Assembly (NCBI GenBank): GCA_031289425.1
Contig: JAITPM010000040.1
Coordinates: 55,423-119,422, forward strand
Direction: 5' to 3'
DNA: 64,000 bases
Source: Fusobacteriaceae bacterium
GTDB taxonomy: Bacteria > Fusobacteriota > Fusobacteriia > Fusobacteriales > Fusobacteriaceae
Each line of letters starts with the position of its first letter. Position 1 is the stretch's first letter. The notes below the pieces were generated by a model. That model was not told the DNA's origin. It ran no database searches and saw only the letters and a program-made list of their open reading frames with translations. Positions 53,883-62,719 of the stretch are shown here, piece by piece. A program made the translations under genes and the position numbers.

Positions 53883-54094
53883 AATAAATTTATAAAGGAC
53901 TTTTTGTCCTTTTGATATTTTTATGTCTTTTTTGAAAAAATTCTTTACAAATATGAATTAATAGTGTATATTAGATATTAACATAAAATATAGATGATAC
54001 AGTGCTGTATTTGCGCTAATTGTATCACTTTTTTTATTTTTTTTGACTTATTTTTTTTATGTGAATTTGCTATAATTATTGTATAGGTGGTAAA

Positions 54095-54688
54095 ATGAAT
54101 ACAAGAGGTCAAGAAGTTTATTATATAAAAACAAATGATATAATAAGTATAAGAACATACTTAGAATTTAAAAAAAATATAGTGTTTTTAGCTTTCTTTA
54201 ATATCGGAGTAAATACGGGACTTAGATTTTCGGATTTATCTCAAATTAAATTTGAAAATATTACTAAAATAAATACAATTTTTCTTAATGAAAAAAAGAC
54301 AAATAAAAAACGAACTATTGTTTTAAATTATCCATGTATGCAAAGTATAAAATTACTAGAAGAACATTATAAAAATTTAGGTTATCAAAAAGATGGTTAT
54401 CTTTTTAAAAGAATGAATAAAGAAAGTATAAAAAAACATGTTGATCTTCCATTCTCATTAGATGCTGCATCAAAACAATTTGCCAAAATAAAAAATGCTT
54501 GTGATATACAGTATGCTATTGGAACACACAGTCTGAGAAAAACTTGGGGATATTTTGTATATAAAAAACTAAAAGATATCACCTTATTAATGAAAGCTTT
54601 TAATCATAGTTCAGAGGATATAACTATTAAATACATTGGGCTTGATAAAGACAGAATAGAAGAAATTTATGCAAAAGTAGAAATATGA
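54095..54688 (+). CDS. Small tyrosine recombinase (phage-integrase catalytic domain only)
   Basis: 197 aa. GLRFSDL (Arg I), HSLRKTWGY (H-x-x-R), NHSSEDITIKYIG (catalytic Tyr context). RBS GGTGG. Confidence 0.8.
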   Translation: MNTRGQEVYYIKTNDIISIRTYLEFKKNIVFLAFFNIGVNTGLRFSDLSQIKFENITKINTIFLNEKKTNKKRTIVLNYPCMQSIKLLEEHYKNLGYQKDGYLFKRMNKESIKKHVDLPFSLDAASKQFAKIKNACDIQYAIGTHSLRKTWGYFVYKKLKDITLLMKAFNHSSEDITIKYIGLDKDRIEEIYAKVEI

Positions 54689-54891
54689 TATAACAAAAAA
54701 TATATCTTATATTTTTAAAACTACAGAATCATTGTAAATATAATGATTTTCACAATATGTAAAGTAAAAACTCTAAAATTTGACAATTTTTGTTATGTAT
54801 TGTAACTTCATTACAAAGGGGATATAATAATTCTTCTATAATTATTATTTCGCATTTATATAGAAAAACAATCAAAAAAATGAGGTAAATT

Positions 54892-55282
54892 ATGTTCAAA
54901 TACAGTTATGATGAAATTACAGAAAATTAAAAAAAAGAATAGAGGAATTTAGTAGTGGAAATTATGAAAATGCTAGAGAATCTTTTGATGTGGGAATATT
55001 GTTGGAAGAGCAATTATCTGAGGAAGAAAATTTTATTATTACTAAACCAATTAAAGACATGTTCTTAGTTGGTAATGCTTTAACAATAAGAATACTCGAT
55101 ACTAATGCAATTACAATTCTGGTAAGAGATGAAAAAAACTTACAATTGATAAAAATTATTTATATATTTGTCCACTAGAAGTAATTTTAGAATTTATCAC
55201 AAGAGATTTTTCAGGAGAAGATAAGTATTTAGATTATATTTTAGTCGATAACATATTTATTATAAATACTAGTTTAATATAA
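54892..55282 (+). pseudogene. Degenerate ORF remnant (unknown function)
   Basis: A good RBS (GAGGT) and ATG at 54892, but a stop after 12 codons. Coding-like sequence continues in two other frames (ORF 54990..55178 and a third segment to ~55282). Confidence 0.3.
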
Positions 55283-55897
55283 AACTATAGTAAATACTAT
55301 ATCAGAGTTTTTAATTGGTAACGAGTTGTAAGTAATTTAAAATTTAAATTATTTAAAGTCCTCAAATAGCCTTTTTATATTAACTAAAATAGAAGAAATT
55401 TACTTATTATCATTTTGATAAATCATATCAATTATGTATGAATATACGGACTTAAGGAAACTAACGTTCCGGAAAATGGAAACCGTTTAATCTTATAAAT
55501 GCCCAATTGATTGAATCGTTCTATTGAAATTCAAAAGAAGGAGCAGGTGATATTTCATATAATATTTTGCATATAAAAATATTTAAAAAATTGTTTAGAT
55601 TTTAATTAAACAGCTATATTTTTTATAAAAAAATTATTTATTAAGTCTAGTTTTTGTTCTATATTTATCTATATAATCAATCTTTAATTTAATCTCAATT
55701 TTTTAATTTTATAAATCCTAAAAAGAAGGATTAATACTAGCGAAAAATTTAAATTTGTTTATTTCTTATAAGTTAAGTACCCATTTAGCCGCTAAAGCGG
55801 CGGATGACCCATATAGGCCTTCCTCTCCTGTCAGGTCTTTCATAAAATGATTGTGAGTAAAAATAAATATCGCCAAAATACTAAGATTTTTTGAAAA

Positions 55898-56107
55898 TTA
55901 TATATGACTAAAGAATATTTTTGCAGATTGTTCCGGAGATAATTCTAAAGCTAAAATTAATTTATCTATAGTTATAGATGTGGGTTGTCTCTTTCCGTTC
56001 AAAATATCACTTAAAATAGATACATGTACTTTAGAAAACGATGACAATTCATTTAGAGTGGATAGATTTTTTTCTATGAATATTTTTTTCAATTCTTTGA
56101 TATCCAT
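55898..56107 (-). CDS. XRE-family helix-turn-helix protein
   Basis: LSTLNELSSFSKVHVSILSDILNGKRQPTSITIDKLILAL is an HTH_3-like pattern. ~69 aa. Confidence 0.6.
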   Translation of the reverse strand: MDIKELKKIFIEKNLSTLNELSSFSKVHVSILSDILNGKRQPTSITIDKLILALELSPEQSAKIFFSHI

Positions 56108-56202
56108 TTTATATCCCATAATTCCCCCTAGATTTTTATATATTATAAATTAACTAAAAAGAAAGCATGCCCCGATACCGTACTCTTTAGCAGACAATTA
56201 TT

Positions 56203-56715
56203 TTAGAAACTGAAAACTAATCTACACTTAAATTTTATATCAGATATCTTTAATGAACCAAAATATCTTCCATCATAAGATCCATAAGCATCTGCAAGTG
56301 GTAAAAATTCATCATCTTGCAATTTAAAATCTTCTATAGATAATCTTGGTAATGGATTTCCTCGTGGATCTTCGTCAAATATAAATCCCCAATTTTTATC
56401 ATTAACAAAGAAAAAGTTATCTTTTATAAAAACTTTATCTCCTGGTAATGCTGCAACTCTTTTTAACATATAAGTTACAATAGGTGCGGTGTATTTTCTT
56501 TCTTTTAATAATTTTTCAATTTTTGGTGGTATGTAAAACTGAACAATATCTCCTTTTTGTATATTTTTAGGTTCTTCCAATCTGTAGAGACCTCTAGGTA
56601 AACTTTCAGAAATATTAATAGTATAATATTTCTTTAAATTATGACCAAGAAAAAGTATTATAAAAAAGGGAATAACGATTATTAAACATTTAAAATTTGG
56701 CTTATTTATCTTCAT
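56203..56715 (-). CDS. traF: TraF-type S26 signal peptidase (conjugative pilin maturation peptidase)
   Basis: NISESLPRGLYRL (catalytic Ser context), LKRVAALPGDKV (Lys context), SYDGRYFG. Confidence 0.8.
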   Translation of the reverse strand: MKINKPNFKCLIIVIPFFIILFLGHNLKKYYTINISESLPRGLYRLEEPKNIQKGDIVQFYIPPKIEKLLKERKYTAPIVTYMLKRVAALPGDKVFIKDNFFFVNDKNWGFIFDEDPRGNPLPRLSIEDFKLQDDEFLPLADAYGSYDGRYFGSLKISDIKFKCRLVFSF

Positions 56716-58288
56716 TTTTTATTTCTTCACCATTTAAAAGCGTTTTACGGGTTGCTGTATCACCATCAATAGATGAGTTGGTTTTGCTTATTTCGTTTTC
56801 ACTATATGATCCACCAGTAGCATTATAATTTCCTGATTCATTTGAACCGTCATATGATTCAGAAGAATTAGCATCATCAGATTGTACGTCAGAATGTGAA
56901 TTTGTTTCATTGCTAGTTTCACCAATTGATTTTTCTGAATTTCCATTATATAAATTATTAAATTTTTTATCATCTTCTGAAGTCCTTCTGGCATTGTCAC
57001 TGTTGTTTCCTGTAACTGGGCTAAAAATACCGCTGCTATTATTTGAATCAGAACCTGTTGAATTGTTTAAAGCATTTACACTCATACTTCCATTATTTTT
57101 AGAATTTGATTCGGTATTTGCAGATGTCTCATTAGATTTATTTTCTTCATTTTTTGAATTTTCACTAGTAGAAATAGTTTTTGTTTCAGAATTTTTATTT
57201 TGATTATTTGAATTGATTTCGTTATTTGATTTTTTTGAACCCGCTTCTCCAAACGTAGTACCAACTTGTTGTCCGTACTCATTACCCCGGCCTGAAGCAC
57301 CTACCAGGGATTTGTCTCCTCCACCAAATAATTGATGACCAGCTTCTTTCGCCATTCCACCAAAACCACCCTTCAGTCCAGCCACAGTACTACCTAAACC
57401 ACTTGCTCCGGATTCTGAAGCGGAGGAAGCACCAGCCACACCAGCCGATATTCCAGCAATAGCTGCAGCAGACGCACCAGCAGCCGCAACGGCGGCTAAT
57501 TTAGGTAAATCTGTTGAATTCATTTGAGGAGAGCCACTTATCATGCTAGAAGCCATAGTAGGAATCTTAAAACATAAATAACCTATTAAGAATGCAACTG
57601 ATAATAACATCATTATTGATGTGTCGTCAGGTTTTGTTTTTAAAGCCATTCCAACTAAAATGGATTCAGAAAGACCCAGAATTGCGGTTATTACCATGAC
57701 TTTCAAGGAACAGGCGACGATTGTTTTAAAAGCATTTTGAAAATATTGTTGTCCTACACCTATTGATCCAAACGGAATAAAAATTATACAGAATCCTGTT
57801 ATAAAATAAAATTCGATCCAAATTAAAATAACTTGGAAAGCTATAAAAATAAACACAGCATAAATAGTAATCAATATTCCACTGTAATATATATATAGTC
57901 CAATTTCTCTAATTCCCGTGCAGGATTCTCTTAATTTTTGTATAGGTATATTTATTTGGGCTGCTCTATCTATCAATGCACTAGGATCATTTATAAATTT
58001 ACCAGATATGGATCCAACACCTGCGTTAGCAACTTTAACAAATCCATCACTTATTTGGTTTATAAGTACTGCATAATCTTTAATTATCCACATTAAAAGA
58101 CCTGTTATAATTATTTTTTTTATAAAATATTTAATTATGTCCATTTCCCCCATATTCAGCATAATTGTATATACTATATCAATTGTAGTCAAACATGCAA
58201 GTAAAGCCAACGCTGATCCCTGTAACGATCCTGGTATTCCTCTCAATACAGCCAAAAAAATATTTAATATTCCAGTTAAAGTAGGCAT
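56702..58288 (-). CDS. virB6: VirB6/TrbL with S/N/G-rich low-complexity C-terminal tail
   Basis: 528 aa. The N-terminal ~260 aa are polytopic. It then runs AAVAAAGASAAAIAGISAGVAGASSASESGASG, followed by an S/N-rich region. Confidence 0.75.
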   Translation of the reverse strand: MPTLTGILNIFLAVLRGIPGSLQGSALALLACLTTIDIVYTIMLNMGEMDIIKYFIKKIIITGLLMWIIKDYAVLINQISDGFVKVANAGVGSISGKFINDPSALIDRAAQINIPIQKLRESCTGIREIGLYIYYSGILITIYAVFIFIAFQVILIWIEFYFITGFCIIFIPFGSIGVGQQYFQNAFKTIVACSLKVMVITAILGLSESILVGMALKTKPDDTSIMMLLSVAFLIGYLCFKIPTMASSMISGSPQMNSTDLPKLAAVAAAGASAAAIAGISAGVAGASSASESGASGLGSTVAGLKGGFGGMAKEAGHQLFGGGDKSLVGASGRGNEYGQQVGTTFGEAGSKKSNNEINSNNQNKNSETKTISTSENSKNEENKSNETSANTESNSKNNGSMSVNALNNSTGSDSNNSSGIFSPVTGNNSDNARRTSEDDKKFNNLYNGNSEKSIGETSNETNSHSDVQSDDANSSESYDGSNESGNYNATGGSYSENEISKTNSSIDGDTATRKTLLNGEEIKNEDK

Positions 58289-58302
58289 ATCTTCTCCTTT
58301 TC

Positions 58303-58632
58303 TTATTCTTTAAATCCGGACGTTACATCCGTTCCTTGTCCTGTACTAAATATTGTTATTTTTCCAGCTGCTTTTATTTTTTCTGTAACACTAGCATCTT
58401 CTTTGACTTCATTCCAGTTAGTTAATTCTACAATAGCTATTTGATCATTATTTTCAGCAGCCTTAATTAGAATTTTAATTATATTTTCGTATTCCTTTTT
58501 TGCTTCTGTATCTTCGTTTAATACTTTTTCCATTAAAGTAAGTTTTTCCTCTTCTGTATATATTTTAAATTTTTCTGATCCACACGATATTAAAAATGTT
58601 ACTAATAGCAAAATAAAAAATAAATTTTTCAT
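58303..58632 (-). CDS. Small lipoprotein in the TrbK (entry-exclusion) position
   Basis: Lipobox LISC. 109 aa. Located between the TrbJ-like and TrbL-like genes, as in P-type trb operons. Confidence 0.55.
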   Translation of the reverse strand: MKNLFFILLLVTFLISCGSEKFKIYTEEEKLTLMEKVLNEDTEAKKEYENIIKILIKAAENNDQIAIVELTNWNEVKEDASVTEKIKAAGKITIFSTGQGTDVTSGFKE

Positions 58633-58659
58633 ATATATTCTCCTTTAAGTTATTTATTT

Positions 58660-59391
58660 CTATTCTTTAAATCCAGATGTTACATCAGCACCTTTTCCAG
58701 TACTAAATTTAGTTATTTCCCCAGCTTCTTTTATTCTCTGTGCAACAGCACCCTCATCTTGAACATCTTTCATCATAAATGCATTTTGTGAATTAAGTGA
58801 TTGTGCCATTAATGTTCTTAGTTCCATTAACATTTGAGTTTGTGCTCCTGCCATATTTACTGTCGCTTGAAGAACTTCTTTTTGACCTTCGGCGGTAGCG
58901 GCTGTTTTCAATATATTTTGAATTAGCTGTGTGTCGTTAGAAATTCTCTCAGGATTATTGATACCGACAGTTTTCATCCCATCGTTTAATATTTTTTTTG
59001 TATTATTTAGGATTTCATCGGCTTTTTGAATGTATTGATCGGGAGTCATATTCTTAAAATCAACAAAATCACTATAAATACCTTGAAATTCTTTTTGAAA
59101 ATTACTATAATCGCTAATCGCACTAGTCATTTCATTTTGTACTTTGAGCATATATTGTAACCCATTTGATATTTGTTGCATGTTTCCTGTAGATAAAGAA
59201 CTATTTATTGATTGAATATTAAGTAAATCTTTTTTCAATTGCTCTAATTGATCCAATTTCATTGTCATTTGAACAGTTTCCATTCTTTTCAAAATGGAAA
59301 CCATTGCAGCAGAACTTCCACCACCAAAAGCTAATGCACTGCTACATGTTAAAAATAATAAAATCATAACAACACCTAATTTTTTTTTCAT
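58660..59391 (-). CDS. TrbJ/VirB5-like secreted coiled-coil T4SS protein
   Basis: Signal peptide, ~240 aa alpha-helical Q/N/M-rich sequence, located upstream of trbK/trbL-like genes. Start at MKKKLGVV, with RBS AGGAG. Confidence 0.55.
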   Translation of the reverse strand: MKKKLGVVMILLFLTCSSALAFGGGSSAAMVSILKRMETVQMTMKLDQLEQLKKDLLNIQSINSSLSTGNMQQISNGLQYMLKVQNEMTSAISDYSNFQKEFQGIYSDFVDFKNMTPDQYIQKADEILNNTKKILNDGMKTVGINNPERISNDTQLIQNILKTAATAEGQKEVLQATVNMAGAQTQMLMELRTLMAQSLNSQNAFMMKDVQDEGAVAQRIKEAGEITKFSTGKGADVTSGFKE

Positions 59392-59416
59392 AAAACTCAT
59401 CTCCTGTTTATTTTTA

Positions 59417-59776
59417 TTAATCAAGTTCTTTTATATTGTTGTCCTTTTTCAATTTATTATATCTTTCAATTGTCCAGTCATACTTTGCTCCAGCTGCTTT
59501 ATCATTGAAATAATCTTTAATTATACCCCATTCTTCTATTTCTTTAGATTTTATTTTATAATCTGTAACCATGCTTTCATTTCCTATTCTATATAAATCT
59601 CCAAGTCTATCAATAGCTTTTTTATTTTTTTCAATATATGCTTTTTTACATAATTCAATTTTTTCTTTTACAGTATATACTGGCAATTTAATATTGATAT
59701 AAATACCAATTTGTTTTTTTGCATAAGCAAAATTCATTATTAATGTTAGTATAATAATACATAGTTTTTTTTTCAT
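59417..59776 (-). CDS. Hypothetical secreted protein
   Basis: 119 aa with an N-terminal signal sequence (MKKKLCIIILTLIMNFAYA). Confidence 0.5.
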   Translation of the reverse strand: MKKKLCIIILTLIMNFAYAKKQIGIYINIKLPVYTVKEKIELCKKAYIEKNKKAIDRLGDLYRIGNESMVTDYKIKSKEIEEWGIIKDYFNDKAAGAKYDWTIERYNKLKKDNNIKELD

Positions 59777-59814
59777 ATATAGTACATCCTCATTAAAATC
59801 ATATTTGTCTCCAC

Positions 59815-61902
59815 TTATTTTTTTGACGGAAATCCATTTATTTTAAACTGTACAAATTTATCTTTGATTCCATTAATTATTATGTATGCATCATAATCAA
59901 TATTTTTTAATTTGCTATGTAATTTAAATAAAGTATTTTTGCTTTGAATTAAACTTTTTGCTTTTGATTTCGTTATCTTAACTTCAGTACCAAAAATTTT
60001 TGTTTTCTCCCATAAAATAAAATGACATTTATCCTTATTATTACAGTAATAAATAGTTCCTTTGTCTGAATTTTTTATATATATGTCAGAGCTACATATT
60101 GGGCATTTTCCTAATATTTCTTTTGATTCTTCTATCTTATCAATTTTATTGTTTTTATTGGATATGATAGATTTAAGTTCTATGCTCGCAGTTTCTACTA
60201 TATCGTCAATGTACGCTTCACCTTTATATATTTTTTTTAATTGTTTGGAAAAATCTACGGTCCTTTCTTTATACAGGTTGATATTTAATTGATCTAAAAT
60301 TTCTATTAGTTTTTCTCCCAATGGCTCAATTGAGTAAGTATTTTTCTTTTGAGATATATATTTTGCTTCTTTTGCATTCTCAATTATTCCAGTTCTTGTT
60401 GCTTCTGTTCCTATTTCAACGCCTTCATGCATTGCTTTGTATTCTTCATCTTCTGTAGTTTTTTCTGTCCGAAATGGATTTTTAAGAAAATTGGCTAATT
60501 CTTCCTCTGTAACTTTTTTGGATGCTGATGTTTTTTTCTTGATTGGCATAAAATTTACAGCAAATTCTTCATCCTTTATAAAATTAGGAAGATTATTTTC
60601 TATTTTTTGAGATTCATATTTTAAAAATCCTTCTTGTTTTATAGTTTCACCTTTTAATTCAAAATTTTCTTCTCCAACTTTGATATTAACCATTATTTGT
60701 GCTATTATTGTATCTTCTCTCAGAAAATTGCTTATAAATCGATTGAAAATGGTTTTATAAATTATTTTATAATTTTCTTCTACTAAATCTTTTTCTATAT
60801 CTGGTATTTTAGTCGTTATTGTTATCGCACTATGGCTTTCTATTTTAGTATCATCAAATATTTTTTTGTTATTTTTAAATTCAAGATCATATTCTGATAA
60901 TTTTTCTAAAAGATTTCTTATTTTATCTTTTTCATTTTCTGCCAAATATTCTGTAGATGTTCGTGGATAAGTAATATATCCTTTTAAATATAAGTCTTGT
61001 ATAATTTTTTCTGAATTAGTAAAATTTATTTTATGATGTTTTGATAAAAAACTTTGTAATTTAGAAAGTGAGAATAATTTACTAGGATATTTTTTTATAT
61101 CTTTATTTTCTATTGATGAGATTATGGCCTTATTTTTGTTTAACTCTTCAGAAAATATTATAGCTTCATTTTCTTCTGATTCTTTGAATTTTTTATCTTT
61201 TACAGATAATAATATTTCTACACCATCTTTGATTATTTTGCTTTCTATCTGATAATAATTTTCTACTTTAAAATTTCTTATATTAATATCTCTATCGTAT
61301 ATAAATTTAACTATGGGAATTAAAACTCTTCCAACTCTTAATAATTTTCCAGACTGAACAGTCAAAAATGTCGTTAAGTTAATTCCTAACAACCAATCTA
61401 AATATGTTCTTCCCAATCCTTCATTTTTAAGATTTTTATAATTATTATTATCTTCTAAATGTTGCATTTGATTTTTTATAGTTTCTTCTGTTTGCTCTGG
61501 AAGCCATAATCTTTTAATTGGTTTTTTAACATTTAAATTATCTAAGATTAAATCAATTATTAATTGGCCTTCTCTATCTGCATCGCCACAATTAATTATT
61601 TCTGTTATATCATCTCTATTAATCAATTGTTTTAAAATAGCAAATTGTTTTTTTATCCCATCATCAGCTTTTAATATAAATTCAAATTTATTTGGAATAT
61701 AAGGAAGTGAAATATCTTTCCACTTTATGTTCTGAACATTCAAATAATCCTTGATTTTTTTTAACTCAAACAGGTGGCCATATGCCCATGTAATAATATA
61801 GTTTTCACTTTCTGAAAAACCATTTTTTTTTGAGTAGATTTTTAAAGCCGCTGAGATGTTTTTGGCCAAACTTGGTTTTTCAGCAATTATTAATTTTTTC
61901 AT
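59815..61902 (-). CDS. topB: DNA topoisomerase III
   Basis: KKLIIAEKPS Toprim start, DADREGQ, GYITYPRTST (catalytic Tyr context), C-terminal zinc ribbon CPICSS...CNNKDKCHF. Confidence 0.9.
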   Translation of the reverse strand: MKKLIIAEKPSLAKNISAALKIYSKKNGFSESENYIITWAYGHLFELKKIKDYLNVQNIKWKDISLPYIPNKFEFILKADDGIKKQFAILKQLINRDDITEIINCGDADREGQLIIDLILDNLNVKKPIKRLWLPEQTEETIKNQMQHLEDNNNYKNLKNEGLGRTYLDWLLGINLTTFLTVQSGKLLRVGRVLIPIVKFIYDRDINIRNFKVENYYQIESKIIKDGVEILLSVKDKKFKESEENEAIIFSEELNKNKAIISSIENKDIKKYPSKLFSLSKLQSFLSKHHKINFTNSEKIIQDLYLKGYITYPRTSTEYLAENEKDKIRNLLEKLSEYDLEFKNNKKIFDDTKIESHSAITITTKIPDIEKDLVEENYKIIYKTIFNRFISNFLREDTIIAQIMVNIKVGEENFELKGETIKQEGFLKYESQKIENNLPNFIKDEEFAVNFMPIKKKTSASKKVTEEELANFLKNPFRTEKTTEDEEYKAMHEGVEIGTEATRTGIIENAKEAKYISQKKNTYSIEPLGEKLIEILDQLNINLYKERTVDFSKQLKKIYKGEAYIDDIVETASIELKSIISNKNNKIDKIEESKEILGKCPICSSDIYIKNSDKGTIYYCNNKDKCHFILWEKTKIFGTEVKITKSKAKSLIQSKNTLFKLHSKLKNIDYDAYIIINGIKDKFVQFKINGFPSKK

Positions 61903-61919
61903 AATTTTTACGTCCTTTT

Positions 61920-62627
61920 TTATTGAATTAAATTTATTAAATTAAACAAATTAATTTGTATACTTTGTGCTTCGACACTGTTATATTCCCATATGGATTT
62001 TCTTCTGTCGAGCATTCTATCTATAAAGGCTAAATTGTTTATTGGTTCTAGCATAGGGATTTTTCCGGCCAAAGCGGTTTCTAGCACTTCTTTATATTTC
62101 ATTTTTATTGCTGTCTTTGAAAACTGATTAATTATAATTGCAGCTACTTTACTGTCATTATTTAGTTCTTTTAAAAACTGAATTGTTGATGTAACATTAA
62201 CTGCATTTGCCTGAAGTGGTATAATTACCTTATCGGCCAACTCAAGAAAACATTGATCTATTTTTAGCGTAGGTACTGAATCAATTAAAATATAGTCATA
62301 TTCTTTTTTAATATCATCTAAATATAAAGGAAGTTTTTCTATGAAAACAGAAGAAAATCTATTGCTTTCTAAGGGAATGAAATATAGATTATCTCTTAGT
62401 TTGAATTTTTCTCCATCGCCTTTTTTGTTTACTTCGGCTTTTAGCCCCTTGTCAAATTCATGACTATCAAATCCTTGATATAAATAGTCCAATATATTGT
62501 TTTGTGAATCGGAAGTTAAAATAAGAGTCCTTTTATCTTGTGCAGCTAACCCTGTCCCTAATTGTGCCGTCAGAAAAGTTTTCCCCACTCCACCCTTGTT
62601 ATTTTTTATTATTATTATTTTGCCCAT
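61920..62627 (-). CDS. parA: ParA/Soj-family partition ATPase
   Basis: Deviant Walker A KNNKGGVGKT, then DSQNN and IDSVP motifs. 235 aa. Confidence 0.85.
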   Translation of the reverse strand: MGKIIIIKNNKGGVGKTFLTAQLGTGLAAQDKRTLILTSDSQNNILDYLYQGFDSHEFDKGLKAEVNKKGDGEKFKLRDNLYFIPLESNRFSSVFIEKLPLYLDDIKKEYDYILIDSVPTLKIDQCFLELADKVIIPLQANAVNVTSTIQFLKELNNDSKVAAIIINQFSKTAIKMKYKEVLETALAGKIPMLEPINNLAFIDRMLDRRKSIWEYNSVEAQSIQINLFNLINLIQ

Positions 62628-62719
62628 TATTATTCATCTCCTTTTATTTTTATGGTATAGATTATAATATTTTGATGCTAAAGATACTATTAAAACTTTC
62701 GGTCACAGTGCCGATAGTT

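Noticed and set aside
55778-55838. Resemblance of ..CCTGTCAGGTC.. / ..GGAGAGGAAGGCC.. to the conserved SRP (4.5S) RNA domain.
   Set aside because: The similarity is limited to a few bases, and the strand and order do not fit the SRP helix 8 motif. A housekeeping SRP RNA inside a conjugative element is also implausible. It is kept only as an unexplained GC-rich structured island.
61920-62627. ParA (KGGVGKT) or the flavoprotein at 17710..18258 as the missing NifH-like reductase for the nitrogenase-like pair.
   Set aside because: - ParA belongs to the mobile element. It has the deviant Walker A of partition ATPases and lacks the NifH cluster-ligand cysteines and switch regions.
- The flavoprotein has a flavodoxin fold with no P-loop. 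It may donate electrons, but it is not a NifH homolog.
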